A stretch of DNA of 36,861 bases from Planctomycetota bacterium (GCA_038213805.1 JBBQSO010000052.1:1-36861), one strand, 5' to 3'. Positions 18,761 through 28,947 are shown, numbered from the stretch's first letter. Notes: a model not told the origin generated them from the letters alone. Program-made: numbers and translations.

Positions 18761-19866
18761 GCGCCGAGCTCCCGTAGCGCGGCCAGCAGCGCGTCGCCCT
18801 GCTCGGGCCGGCCGACGGTGATGCGCAATCTGCTGCGCAGCGCCGGGCGATCCCACCAGCGCACCAGGATGCCGCGCTGCTTGAGGCCGCGGTAGAGCTC
18901 GCCGGCGCGGGCCCCGACCTCGCAGAGCAGGAAATTTCCCGCGGACGGGGGCCAGGTCCAGCCGAAGGCGGCGAGGGCGGTCTCGAGGCGGGCGCGTTCC
19001 GTCAGGGTCTTCCGCACCAGCTCCCGGTGGTGATCGACGTCGCCCAGTGCGGCCACACCCATGGCCTGGGTCACGGCGTTGACGTTGTAGCTGTCCTTGA
19101 CCTTGGTCAGGTGCGCGACCACGTCGGCGTGCGCGAAGAGCAGGCCCAGGCGCGCGCCCGCCAGGCTGTAGCTCTTCGAGAAGGTGCGCAGCACGATCAG
19201 GTTGGGATGCTGGTCGAGGTGCGGCAGCAGGCTGGCGCCGGCGCCGGCGAAATCGACATACGCCTCGTCCACCACCAGCACCCCGTCGAGCTGGTCGGCG
19301 AGCCGGCGCAGCTCGGCCACCGGGGTGAGGGTGGCGGACGGGTTGTTGGGGTTGGCGACCAGCACCAGTTTGGCCGCTTGGCGCGCGAGGTTCGCGGGCA
19401 GGTGCCAGCCAGCGGCGTCCTGACGGTAATCGACGTGCACGATCTCCACGCCCTGCAGGGCGGCGAGAGTGTCGTAGAGTCCATAGGTCGGCCACGGGCA
19501 GGCGACGCGGTCACCGGGCGCGAGGAAGGCGCGGTAGATGATCGTCAGGCAGTCGTCAGAGCCGTTGCCGGCCAGCACCTGCTCGGCGCGCACGCCATAG
19601 CGCTCGGCCGCGGCCTGGCGCAGGTGCATGCTGACCGGGTCGGGATAGAGGCGTAGGCTGTCGTCGCCGCACGCGCGCAGCGCCGCCAGCACTGCCGGCG
19701 AGGGGCCCCAGGCGCACTCGTTGGTATTCAGCTTGGTGCAGTCGCGCACCTGCTCACCCGGCGTGTACGGCGCCATGGCTATGACGTCGGGACGTAGCTG
19801 GCGGAGGGCCGTGGACGGACGCGTGGGGGACGACGGAGCGTCTGAGGAGGGGTGGACAGCGCTCAT
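18757..19866 (-). CDS. hisC: Histidinol-phosphate aminotransferase
   Basis: YTPGEQ, KLNTNE, GNGSD, NPNNP, DEAY, RTFSKSYSLAGARLG; exact start uncertain. Confidence 0.92.
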   Translation of the reverse strand: MSAVHPSSDAPSSPTRPSTALRQLRPDVIAMAPYTPGEQVRDCTKLNTNECAWGPSPAVLAALRACGDDSLRLYPDPVSMHLRQAAAERYGVRAEQVLAGNGSDDCLTIIYRAFLAPGDRVACPWPTYGLYDTLAALQGVEIVHVDYRQDAAGWHLPANLARQAAKLVLVANPNNPSATLTPVAELRRLADQLDGVLVVDEAYVDFAGAGASLLPHLDQHPNLIVLRTFSKSYSLAGARLGLLFAHADVVAHLTKVKDSYNVNAVTQAMGVAALGDVDHHRELVRKTLTERARLETALAAFGWTWPPSAGNFLLCEVGARAGELYRGLKQRGILVRWWDRPALRSRLRITVGRPEQGDALLAALRELGA

Positions 19867-20008
19867 AGCGTGCTGGAACCGTACGCCCGCCGAGGGGTCG
19901 GGCAACGGGGGTGTCGATCGTCCGATGACCGATGTCACTGGCGCCGTGGCTCGTGCCGCCGGAGCGGATGGTCCGTGGGCTGTCCGACCACGGACGTCGG
20001 ACGCCTCC

Positions 20009-21433
20009 TCAGTCCTGTCGCCTGAAGAAGCCCATCATTTCGCGGGATAGCATGGCGAAGAATTGCGCGCCCGGCAGCGTGCGCAGCAGGGTGCGGTGGT
20101 CGATGTCGCCGCTGCGGTTGGTGCGCGGTAGCATGCGGATGGCCAGGAACAGCACCGGGATGCGCACGCCGGAACTGATCAGGAACAGGGTGTGGTAGAA
20201 GCTGCCGAGCAGATCGGGCAGTACCTGGTATTTCAGCAGCGTCATGCCGATGAGCGAGCCGACCAGCATCGCCGCCGAATTGCAGGTGGCCTGGTAGCCG
20301 ATCAGGCGGGTGCGGCTGGCAGTGTCGTGGTGGGCGGAGAATAGCAGCACCGCCACCGCTGTCTCGCCCGCGCACCAGGCCAGACCGCTGACGATCTCGC
20401 AGCCGAACAGCACTGGCAGGCTGGTGGTGAGGGCCCACGGCAGCGGCAGCATCGCGATCGCGACCACCGCGGTGCGCAGGACCGCGACCGGGCCGAACCA
20501 GTCGACCAGGCGGCCGAAGGCCGGCCAGCTCAGCCAGCGCATGATCGCGGTGGTCTGGATGAGGACGGTGTAGGTCCACGGGAAGTCGACCAGCCCGAGC
20601 CCGCCATTGAGCTTGGTCTGCATGTACTGCGAAAAGGCCGAGGCCGAGATGTGCACCCCGAAATTCAGCAGCGCCCAGACCATCGTCCAGCGCCCGAAGG
20701 GCGTCGTCGGCATGGCCCGCACGAAGGCCCAGAACCCGGGTACCGGCTGGGCGGCGGCGAGCATGGCCGGGTGCTGTTGGCGACCTCGCCCAGGCGGTAC
20801 CTCGGGCTGTAGCCACAACAGAGTGCCGCTGACCATGCGCGAGCAGGCCCCGACCACCAGGATGACCTGGAGGGCGAACGGGCCGCTGGCGAGCGGGAAG
20901 GACCACACCAGCGCAGCGAAGAGGCCGGCGAAGGCCAGCTTGCTGGTCATGTAGATGCGATTGCGCTGGCTGGAATAGCGCCCGCGCAGGTTGCGCGGGA
21001 TGAGCGCGCCCATCCAGCTCATCCAGGCCGGACCGGCGACCACGCCGGCGACGCTGACGCCGCTCGCCAGGGCCAGCGCGAGGGGGATGCTCCAGGGAGC
21101 GTGCGGGTGGTGCAGCGGGATCGACAGGGCGAGGATGCACAGGATCTGCGCTGCGCAGCACCAGGCGGTGGTGACCTTGTTGCCGCCGAGCCAGGTGATG
21201 ATGTGCCCGACCACCGGGCCGGTCGAGATCGCCGCGAGCAGCGGCACGATCGACAGCACGAAGACCAGATAGTCGGCCGCACCCAACCAGCTGGTCAGCA
21301 GCGGCACCAGCCAGATCTCGATGGCGGCGAACATGCCGCCGACCGTGGCGCCCTCGATCACCGCGATGGTCAGTCCACGCCGCACCAGGCGGTGGGTGGT
21401 CTCGTGCGCGGGGGTCCGGGTGGGGGCGTTCAT
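20009..21433 (-). CDS. MFS transporter
   Basis: About 12 TM segments, WMSWMGALIP..RGRY, FGRLVDWFG. Confidence 0.85.
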   Translation of the reverse strand: MNAPTRTPAHETTHRLVRRGLTIAVIEGATVGGMFAAIEIWLVPLLTSWLGAADYLVFVLSIVPLLAAISTGPVVGHIITWLGGNKVTTAWCCAAQILCILALSIPLHHPHAPWSIPLALALASGVSVAGVVAGPAWMSWMGALIPRNLRGRYSSQRNRIYMTSKLAFAGLFAALVWSFPLASGPFALQVILVVGACSRMVSGTLLWLQPEVPPGRGRQQHPAMLAAAQPVPGFWAFVRAMPTTPFGRWTMVWALLNFGVHISASAFSQYMQTKLNGGLGLVDFPWTYTVLIQTTAIMRWLSWPAFGRLVDWFGPVAVLRTAVVAIAMLPLPWALTTSLPVLFGCEIVSGLAWCAGETAVAVLLFSAHHDTASRTRLIGYQATCNSAAMLVGSLIGMTLLKYQVLPDLLGSFYHTLFLISSGVRIPVLFLAIRMLPRTNRSGDIDHRTLLRTLPGAQFFAMLSREMMGFFRRQD

Positions 21434-21840
21434 GAGGGCGGCCGGAGGGCCGCAGGCGCGGAGTCTGGACGGGCCTTGGCGGGTTCAAGTGGGCCCGTCC
21501 TCACCTGGTGCGGCAGTCCTGGCGAATAAGGATGACAGGGGTGGTTCTGACGCGAGTGCGGCGGGGATCATCACTCTGTGCCAGAGAGCGGCACGCCAAG
21601 CGCTCACGCAGGGAGGCACACCAGCACCATACGGGCACTGCTTCAGTGGTTGCTGCGACAAATGACTCACAGTGGCACAAGCGCACCGCAGCACTTGGCT
21701 GGTATCCCGCGCAATGAGGTGCCGCAAACGGTGCAAGCCGTGCGGGCCGACACTCGATCAGCAACGTTGCACGTCGCTGGGGTTACTACCGGCGTGGCCT
21801 GAACTCCTGGGGTACCTTGGAGCGCCGCAATGGAGGCTCC

Positions 21841-22215
21841 ATGTTCGCGACTCCCAATCTGCCCTTCACCGTCAGCACTTCGGACGACGTCATCTCGGTC
21901 AGCATCCACCCGGATGCCGGCCAGCATCCCGCGCTTTTCACGCGCTCGAGTGTCGACTGGGTGAAGGACGTGCGCGGGGGACCGCGCCGCATGGAGCTCG
22001 ACTTCTCACAAATCATCTCGGTGAACTCGGCCCTGGTGGCATGGCTGTTCCAACTCGTCCAGGTCGGTCGCCTGCAGGGACTGAAGCTCAACGACGCCAG
22101 CGCCGACGTGGTCAAGCAGCTCAAGCAGTTCCATCTCGAGCACTTCATCTCGATCGTCGAGGAGCAGCGTCGGCGCAGCGACCGCCTCGCGGCCCTGGTG
22201 CGCAAGCCTAGCTGA
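21841..22215 (+). CDS. STAS-like small protein
   Basis: LDFSQIISVNSALVAWL and V.KQLKQFHLEHF resemble STAS motifs; GGAGG RBS. Confidence 0.7.
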   Translation: MFATPNLPFTVSTSDDVISVSIHPDAGQHPALFTRSSVDWVKDVRGGPRRMELDFSQIISVNSALVAWLFQLVQVGRLQGLKLNDASADVVKQLKQFHLEHFISIVEEQRRRSDRLAALVRKPS

Positions 22216-22225
22216 CCGCTGCGCA

Positions 22226-22636
22226 TCAGGCGCCCGGGATGTGCACCCGCATGAGGTTGGCGATGGTGCGGTAGAAGTCGTGGAGTTCGAGCGGCTTGAC
22301 CACGTACGCGGAGGCACCCAGCGAGAGGCTGAGCGCGCGATCGACGGGGTTGGCTGACGAGGTGAAGACCACGATGGGCGGCCGTCGGTCGATAGGCAGC
22401 GCGCTCTTGACGCGGCTCAGCAGCATATCGCCGGTGCTGCCGGGCATGTTGAAGTCGAGCAGCACCAGGTCCGCCGCAGGTGCCTCCGCGAATGGCGGTG
22501 TGCGGGTAAGGAAGGCCAGTGCCTCGTCAACGCTGGTGGTGACATGCACGCGGATGTTCTCATCGATGATGTGCACAATCTCCTGAAGCAGCACGACGTC
22601 GCCGGGATTGTCCTCAACCTGCAGGATGTTCAGCAT
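22226..22636 (-). CDS. Single-domain response regulator (Rcp1-like)
   Basis: VEDNPGD, LLDFNMP, FTSS, YVVKP. Confidence 0.9.
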   Translation of the reverse strand: MLNILQVEDNPGDVVLLQEIVHIIDENIRVHVTTSVDEALAFLTRTPPFAEAPAADLVLLDFNMPGSTGDMLLSRVKSALPIDRRPPIVVFTSSANPVDRALSLSLGASAYVVKPLELHDFYRTIANLMRVHIPGA

Positions 22637-22664
22637 GAGTGCTCCGTTGTTCCCTAGCTTCCAG

Positions 22665-22681
22665 AGCCGTGATCGTGCCAA
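22665..22681 (-). promoter_or_regulatory. Candidate sigma54 promoter for the response regulator
   Basis: Minus strand reads TTGGCACGATCACGGCT (GG-N10-GC), about 29 nt before the ATG. Confidence 0.5.
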
Positions 22682-23068
22682 GTCTCGCGCTCAGCGTTGT
22701 ACGAAGCACTGGGGTTTAACGATGGGATCGAATGGGTGCGCATAGCCTAGTTGCTCCGCGTGCGGCCGGACCCGCTGCCATTCCAAGGTGGCGCCTGAGA
22801 TGTCGGTGAAGCGGATCGTCACTAGTCCATTTCATGGCATACTTTCATCGACCATGCAACTTGCAGGACCAGCCCATCAACGCCCGAGCGATTTGCGGTC
22901 AGCGCTCCGTCGGATCAAGCTCCACGCTGGCAGCCAAGATCATCCCCAGTTCGCCTGCGAGTGCGCATGCGACTGGATAGGCACTGAGATGGGGCAAGCG
23001 TTGTCGATTGCCGCGCGAATCCTGCTGTGCCGCTGCCCAATGAACATTTTTTGTCGTGATCGCAGGGG

Positions 23069-23085
23069 TTGGCACGCAACAGGCT
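23069..23085 (+). promoter_or_regulatory. Candidate sigma54 promoter for the 92-aa ORF
   Basis: TTGGCACGCAACAGGCT (GG-N10-GC), about 36 nt before ATG 23121. Confidence 0.45.
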
Positions 23086-23120
23086 TCCTGTTGCAAGGCA
23101 CCACCCGATGGGACCGCACC

Positions 23121-23399
23121 ATGCGTTACACGATTTCCGCATTGACTGCCCATCAGGAAGGCATCGAAAACATTCGCGCGTCGCTTCTGCGTCACGGCAT
23201 CGACATGCGCACAGTAGCCATCGGGGGTCGACACTCCCCAGCCCGCATCCCGCTCGGCGGCAACTGGATCCTGGTCTCGGTGGTGACCGCTGACCCAAAC
23301 GAGGTCGAACTGATAAAGGCAGCACTGGCCGCAGCGGAGGGTTCCGACATCAGAGTCGAGGAGGCCACCATAGCACAATCGCAGACCCGATGGTCCTGA
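23121..23399 (+). CDS. Small hypothetical protein (92 aa)
   Basis: Alternating beta/alpha pattern, ILVSVVT..EVELIKAAL..EGSDI; candidate sigma54 site upstream. Confidence 0.55.
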   Translation: MRYTISALTAHQEGIENIRASLLRHGIDMRTVAIGGRHSPARIPLGGNWILVSVVTADPNEVELIKAALAAAEGSDIRVEEATIAQSQTRWS

Positions 23400-23568
23400 A
23401 AAAAACGGGTGGGGTTACCGAGAAGGCTGCTGCGTCGCCCAGGAATGGATCCAGGTCTGCAAATGTCCGTGGCAACGGCTGCGGCCATCGCCTTTATGCG
23501 CAGCTACCATTGCCATTGGGGTAGCCGCATCTTCGCGAAGGCGCTACCGTCTGACCGAGGTCTGCGGA

Positions 23569-24096
23569 TTACTGCAAAGTGGCGAATCCCGCATTGTAGA
23601 CGCGCGATGCGTACGTTGATCCGCGCCGCGGGCTGCCGCCGGGACCTGCGTGATAGACGGCCACGGCGGATTTCCAGCTGCCGGTGCGCTGGTAGCAGCG
23701 CAGGAGCCATGCCCTTACCAGGCTCTCCGCCAGCACCGGCTCGGTGCGGACGCGCGCGCGCAGGTGCGCAGCGCCGAGGTCGTCCAGCACCGCCGGAGCG
23801 ATCTGCCACGGACCGACCTCGCCCGCGGCGCCGTCGCGATGGTCGCGGTAGCGCACCAGACGGCCACCACGGTAGGTACTGCCGGTCTCAACCGCGGCGA
23901 TGCCGGCGATCACCCAGTCGGGGATGCTGGTGTCTGGCGCAGCCGCCGGACGCTCGCTGGCGGATGCACGCATGCCGAGCACGAGGACCAAGGCGCAGGC
24001 GATCATCAAGCAGCCGCGCACGCGGTTGCAGGTTCTGGTGAGCAGATGAAAAGAATCTTGACGCATGATATCCTCGTTAGCATGAAGGTCTGGCAT
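23569..24096 (-). CDS. Secreted lysozyme-like / lytic transglycosylase (SLT) protein
   Basis: Signal-like stretch, then IAAVET (catalytic Glu), GPWQI and AVAVYHAG; true start may be downstream (24066 or 24006). Confidence 0.7.
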   Translation of the reverse strand: MPDLHANEDIMRQDSFHLLTRTCNRVRGCLMIACALVLVLGMRASASERPAAAPDTSIPDWVIAGIAAVETGSTYRGGRLVRYRDHRDGAAGEVGPWQIAPAVLDDLGAAHLRARVRTEPVLAESLVRAWLLRCYQRTGSWKSAVAVYHAGPGGSPRRGSTYASRVYNAGFATLQ

Positions 24097-24649
24097 AGAC
24101 CTCGGGCGGGGCGAAATGCGGGAGGGTGTTTAGGCCGGCCACATTGGTCAGCAACGCACGGCGGGCCATCCTTCTACAATGCGCTTTCGTGCCAAACCGT
24201 GAGAATGGCGCATTTCCGCACGGTTTTCGCAACAGCCTGTATTTACGTCGATTGACGTATTGTAAAATTCTTGTTCATAAGCACTTGCGTTCCCATGTGC
24301 GAGATGGGCCCTGCGTGGAAAGCCGATGCACCAGGTGCAGGCCTGCAAGCTGGGCGTGCACTGCGGAAAGCCGGTCGTATCAAGCAGCCACGCCGTGCTG
24401 GAGCAATTGCTTGCGACCATACCCGGGATCGCCCAGCCGCCGCGGGTGTGGGCAATCGTAAGGCCGCCGTTGTTCATCCCTGCGAATCCGCGTGCAGGTG
24501 GGTGCAGCGTCGCGCGCGGCGGGAAACTCACTGAGGCCCCGACCAGATGCATCGCGATGCCAGCGCGGCGGCGGCTGATGGCTGAACGGTCGCGCGCCCG
24601 ACCAACAACTGCTGTCTGGCTAGGCCGGCGGCGGTGTTAACCTGCCAGC

Positions 24650-25219
24650 ATGCCAAGCGCCCACGATCCCGCCGCCCTCGATGCCGCCGTGGCACGGGTG
24701 CTGACTGGCGACCGCGAGGCCTTCGCAAGTGTGGTCGACGCCGGGCAGGACGCGGTCTGGCGGGTCGCGGCCCAGCTGCTCCAGGACCGCGCCCTGACCG
24801 AGGAGCTGGTCCAGTCCGCGTTCGTGCGCGCCTACGAGCGCCTCGCGACCTATGTGCCAGGGACCGACCTGATCGCCTGGCTGGTGACCATCGCGCGCAA
24901 CGTGGTGCGCAACCACCTGCGCGACCGCCAGCGGGAGCGTCAGCGGCTGCACCTTTATCAGGAGGACCTGCTCGCGCGCAGCGGTGCGGTCACGGAATGG
25001 AAAGAGGAGGACGAGCGCCTCCAGCGCGACCTCGCCGCCTGCCGCGCCCTGCTCCCTGGTGACGCCCAGGAAGCGCTGCGCCTGTTCTATGCCGAGAGCC
25101 TGCCGATCGCCGCGATCGCCACGCGCCTCGGGCGCAGCGAGGCCGCGGCGCAGAAGCTGTTGTCGCGCGTGCGCCTATCGCTGCGCGACTGCGTGCAACG
25201 CAAGCTGACCTCGACATGA
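24650..25219 (+). CDS. ECF sigma-70 factor
   Basis: GDREAF, EELVQSAFVRAY, WLVTIARN, region 4 LFYAESLPIAAIA...LSRVRLSLRDC. Confidence 0.93.
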   Translation: MPSAHDPAALDAAVARVLTGDREAFASVVDAGQDAVWRVAAQLLQDRALTEELVQSAFVRAYERLATYVPGTDLIAWLVTIARNVVRNHLRDRQRERQRLHLYQEDLLARSGAVTEWKEEDERLQRDLAACRALLPGDAQEALRLFYAESLPIAAIATRLGRSEAAAQKLLSRVRLSLRDCVQRKLTST

Positions 25220-26646
25220 GCCGCGCCGACGACCTGGTCGAGGAGCACTTGCGCGGCGGCCTCGATGCAGCGGCTCTTGACGCCGGGCTGCGCGGCGAGG
25301 TCGCGGCGCAGCCCGAGGCGGTTACAGCGGCGCTCATGCTGCTGCGCCTGCATGGCCAGCTGGCGGCGGAATCACGCCCCGCCGGATTGTCCGGGCGGAT
25401 CATGGCGGTCGTCGCCGGCCAGGCCCGCAGCCGTGTGCGCGACAGCGTGCTTGTCACCATCCGCCAGCTGCCGCGGCCGCGCCGCCGCCGCCTGGCCTGG
25501 ATCGGGGTCGGCCTGGCGGCGGCCGCGCTGCTGTTGGTCGGAGTCACGCTGGGCTGGCCGCTGGCCAGAAGCTCCGGAGTCAGCGTCGCGTCCGGCGCGT
25601 GGCTGCGCGCGGATGGCGCCAGCATCAGCTCCGGTGCCCTCCCGCGTCAGGCCGTGGGCAGCTCTGCCAGCGGCGGAGTGGTGCTGCGCTGGGGCGACGG
25701 CAGCCTCGCTGAAGTCGCCGGCGACAGCCATCTGCATCTCGCGGACGACGACCTCGCAATCGACACCGGCAGCGTACGCTGCACGGTCAGCCCGCACGCC
25801 GCAGCGGCGCCGTTCGTGGTGCGCACGCCGCACGCCACCGTCACCGTGGTGGGCACGGTTTTCACCATCGCGGTCGGCGCGGCCACCACCTGCCGGGTCG
25901 AGCGCGGCGTGGTCGATTTCGCCAGCGGCGGGCAGGAACGCCGCCTGGAGGCGGGCGCGGTCATGACCAGCGACGCGCTGTCGGCGGCACCGTCGGGCTG
26001 GGAGCTGGAGTGGTCCGACGAATTCGCCGCCGACGGCGTGCCCGACGCGCAGCGCTGGCGTGACTGGGCGCGGCCGAGTGGCATCAACACCGACATCCAG
26101 CATTACCTACCCGGCTTGGCGCGCGTCGCGGATGGCGCGCTGTTCATCGAGGCTCGCCACGGCGCCAGCGGCTGGACCTCGACCAGCCTGCTCGCGCAGG
26201 GATTGATGCTGCGCCCGGGAATGCGCGTCGAACTGCGCGCGCAGCTGCCGGTGGCACCCGGGGTGTGGCCGCTGATCTGGGCGGTGCAGCCCGAACGCTG
26301 GCCATCCGGCCCCGAGGCGGTGCTGCTGACCACGGGCGGCGCGCCTGCGCGTCTGCGCGCCTCGTTGCGTCTTGCGCCCACCACCATGGTCATCGCGAAC
26401 GGACCACCGCTGCTGCCGGCGGCCAGCACCTACGCCATCGTCTGGACTGAGGCTGGTTTGACCCTGTGGCGTGACGGGGTGAGCGTGTGCACGGTCATCG
26501 GCCCAGGCGATTCCGCGTGGACCGATGCGTGCGCTTCGGGCTTGCGCCTGGCCATCGAACTGAGCGTCACCGCCGAGGCCGCACCGGTGCCGGCGCGCAT
26601 GCTGATCGAATGGGTGCGCGTCTATCGCCGTGCCGCCAGCAAATGA
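25216..26646 (+). CDS. FecR-domain anti-sigma factor with C-terminal GH16-like domain
   Basis: One TM helix; FecR motifs DGS, FVVRTPHATVTVVGTVF, VERGVV; then WELEWSDEF, GVWPLIW, IEWVRVY; ATGA overlap with the sigma gene. Confidence 0.85.
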   Translation: MSRADDLVEEHLRGGLDAAALDAGLRGEVAAQPEAVTAALMLLRLHGQLAAESRPAGLSGRIMAVVAGQARSRVRDSVLVTIRQLPRPRRRRLAWIGVGLAAAALLLVGVTLGWPLARSSGVSVASGAWLRADGASISSGALPRQAVGSSASGGVVLRWGDGSLAEVAGDSHLHLADDDLAIDTGSVRCTVSPHAAAAPFVVRTPHATVTVVGTVFTIAVGAATTCRVERGVVDFASGGQERRLEAGAVMTSDALSAAPSGWELEWSDEFAADGVPDAQRWRDWARPSGINTDIQHYLPGLARVADGALFIEARHGASGWTSTSLLAQGLMLRPGMRVELRAQLPVAPGVWPLIWAVQPERWPSGPEAVLLTTGGAPARLRASLRLAPTTMVIANGPPLLPAASTYAIVWTEAGLTLWRDGVSVCTVIGPGDSAWTDACASGLRLAIELSVTAEAAPVPARMLIEWVRVYRRAASK

Positions 26647-27779
26647 AGACCGTGATGAGCCGCTCCGGACTGGCGCTTCTCGCTGCGCTGCTGTGCGGCG
26701 CGCTGCCGTCTCCGCTGCGTGCCGGCGACACTCCGGCTCCGCTGTTCCTCGCCGGTGGCGATCTCTCGCATCTCGCGCTGATGGAACGCAGGGGCGTGGT
26801 CTACCGGAACCAGGGCATGGCCGGCGACGCGCTCGCCATCCTCAAGGCGCACGGCCTGACGTGCGTGCGCCTGCGCCTGTGGACGGCCAGCGAGGCGGAC
26901 GCGGGGAAGGATCCCTACAACAAGGGCAACACCCTTGCCTACACCGTGGCCCTGGCAAAGCGCGTCAAGCGCGCCGGGCTACTTTTCCTGCTCGACTTCC
27001 ACTACTCCGACAGCTGGGCCGATCCCGCGCACCAGGCGCGGCCGGCGGCATGGGACGGCTTGACCTTCGACCAGGTGGAGGAGCGCATGTACGCCTACAA
27101 CCGCGATGCCATAGCCGCCTTCCGTTCCGCCGACGCGCTGCCCGACTACGTGCAGATCGGCAACGAGACGCCGATGGGTTTCGCCTGGCCCGACGGCAAG
27201 GTCGACCAGCCCGCGAAGTGGGCGCTGCTTGCGCGCCTGGTGGCCGCCGCCGACCGCGGCATCGCCGAGGCCGCCGGCGCGCGCAAGCCGAAAACCATCA
27301 TCCACCTCGATCGCGGCGGCGACTGGGGCACCACGCAGTGGTTCTTCGACGAGCTGATCCTCAAGCAGCACGCCCGCTTCGACATCATCGGCCAGAGCTA
27401 CTACCCGTTCTGGCACGGCGATTTCGCCAAGCTGCGCACGTGCCTCGAAAAATGCGTCGAGCGCTACGGCAAGCCGGTGATCGTCGCCGAGACCGCCTTC
27501 CCATGGGTCACCAACGGCCGCGACGGCAGCGACGCCAAACTGATCAACGGCCTCGCGGCCGGTCCGGACGGCCAGGCGCGCTTCGCCACGGAGCTCGGCG
27601 CCATCCTCGCGGCGTTGCCGGAGCACAAAGGCCTGGGGATCTTCTGGTGGGGCGCCGAGTTCAATGCCGCGGGCGGGTTCAATTTCGACGGGTTCGAGAA
27701 CCGCTCGTTCTGGGATCGGGACGGCAACGTGCTGCCGGTGGTCGACGCGCTCGGGGCGCTGGTGAGGGTGGCGCGCTGA
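26643..27779 (+). CDS. GH53 arabinogalactan endo-beta-1,4-galactanase, secreted
   Basis: Signal peptide, GGDLS, VRLRLW, LDFHYSDSWADP, QIGNE, SYYPFWHG, VAET; ATGA overlap with FecR. Confidence 0.92.
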   Translation: MKTVMSRSGLALLAALLCGALPSPLRAGDTPAPLFLAGGDLSHLALMERRGVVYRNQGMAGDALAILKAHGLTCVRLRLWTASEADAGKDPYNKGNTLAYTVALAKRVKRAGLLFLLDFHYSDSWADPAHQARPAAWDGLTFDQVEERMYAYNRDAIAAFRSADALPDYVQIGNETPMGFAWPDGKVDQPAKWALLARLVAAADRGIAEAAGARKPKTIIHLDRGGDWGTTQWFFDELILKQHARFDIIGQSYYPFWHGDFAKLRTCLEKCVERYGKPVIVAETAFPWVTNGRDGSDAKLINGLAAGPDGQARFATELGAILAALPEHKGLGIFWWGAEFNAAGGFNFDGFENRSFWDRDGNVLPVVDALGALVRVAR

Positions 27780-27942
27780 TCGCGGATCTGCAGGCGATTG
27801 GACAAGCGGCGCGCAGGCACTGAGCTCGGAGGAGGACGGCCATCCGCTGATCGGATCCGCCACTGCGCTGAAGCGTGGCAATCCGTCGTCGTTTTCGTCT
27901 CCTCAAGCCTCTGAGCCTGCTGTTCGATCCTTTTCCGCTCGA

Positions 27943-28947
27943 TCAGGAACTTATTGTGAGACCCAGTTCGCGCGCCTGCGCCAGCACCAGCGGCAGTCCC
28001 TCGGCCTGCAGCGCCGCGCACTCATCGCGCCGGCCCAGGCTGGCCAGGGCGCAGAGCAGATTGCGGCGGAAGCGCTCGTAGCCGATGCGCCGTACTGCCC
28101 GGCCGGCGAAGTGTGCGTCGAACTCCAGGGGCCCGACCGCGAGCAGCGCGGCGTCGGCGTCGCTTCCGGTCAGGCGCGGGTCTGCGGCGGGGCCGGCGAA
28201 GCGGTTCCACGGGCAGACCTCCTGGCACAGGTCGCAGCCGAACCACCAGCCTTCGAAGCGCTCCGCCAAGACGCGTGGGATGACGCCCTGGTGCTCGATG
28301 GTCAGGTAACTGATGCAGCGCTCGGTGAGCACGCGCCGCCCCACCAGCGCGCGCGTCGGACAGCGCGTCTCGCAGGCGTGGCAGCGGCCGCAGCGGTCGG
28401 CGTCCTGGCCGGCGTGGTGGGGCGCGAGCGGCGCGGTGGTGAGCAGGAAGCCGAGCAGGCGGTAGGTGCCCGTCTCCGGCGCGATCACCAGGGCGTTGCG
28501 ACCGAGCCAGCCGATGCCGGCGCGGTGCGCCAGGGTGCGCTCGTCGAGCGGCGCGGAATCGGCGGCGGCGCGGTGCTCCCAGCGCGTGGTGTGCGCGACC
28601 TCGAGCGCGCGGTGGCCGAGCTCGAGCTTCATGCGCAGCAGCCGGTGGTAGTCCTTGCCCGCTGCGTAGCGCGCGCGGCGCAGCGCGCCGCTGCCGGCTT
28701 CCGGCTGGTAGGGTAAAGCGGTGACGACGATGCTGCGCAGTCCGGGCAGCACGCGTGCCGGATCGCGGCGCAGGTCGCGCGTGCGTTCCAGCCAGGCGAG
28801 GTCGCCGATGCCGTCGGCGAGCATCTGCGCGAAGCGCGCGTCATCGAGCGGCCCCGGCGGCGCGAGCACCGCCAACGCCTCCAGGCCCTGCGCGCCGAAG
28901 CAGCGCCGCACCTCGGCAAACGCGATGCCGCCAGCCCCGCCGCTCAT
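27943..28947 (-). CDS. queG: tRNA epoxyqueuosine(34) reductase
   Basis: RYAAGKDYH, DSAPLDER, CGRCHAC...CPT, RCISYLTIEH, FGCDLCQEVCPWN. Confidence 0.9.
   Translation of the reverse strand: MSGGAGGIAFAEVRRCFGAQGLEALAVLAPPGPLDDARFAQMLADGIGDLAWLERTRDLRRDPARVLPGLRSIVVTALPYQPEAGSGALRRARYAAGKDYHRLLRMKLELGHRALEVAHTTRWEHRAAADSAPLDERTLAHRAGIGWLGRNALVIAPETGTYRLLGFLLTTAPLAPHHAGQDADRCGRCHACETRCPTRALVGRRVLTERCISYLTIEHQGVIPRVLAERFEGWWFGCDLCQEVCPWNRFAGPAADPRLTGSDADAALLAVGPLEFDAHFAGRAVRRIGYERFRRNLLCALASLGRRDECAALQAEGLPLVLAQARELGLTISS

Noticed and set aside
18761..19495. N-terminally extended 626-aa Dxr
   Set aside because: The extension is an alternate frame of hisC; a GTGA-coupled start at 18760 fits normal Dxr length
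24180..24197. Sigma54-like TTGGCACGAAAGCGCA on the minus strand upstream of the SLT gene
   Set aside because: GG-to-GC spacing is 9 nt rather than the required 10
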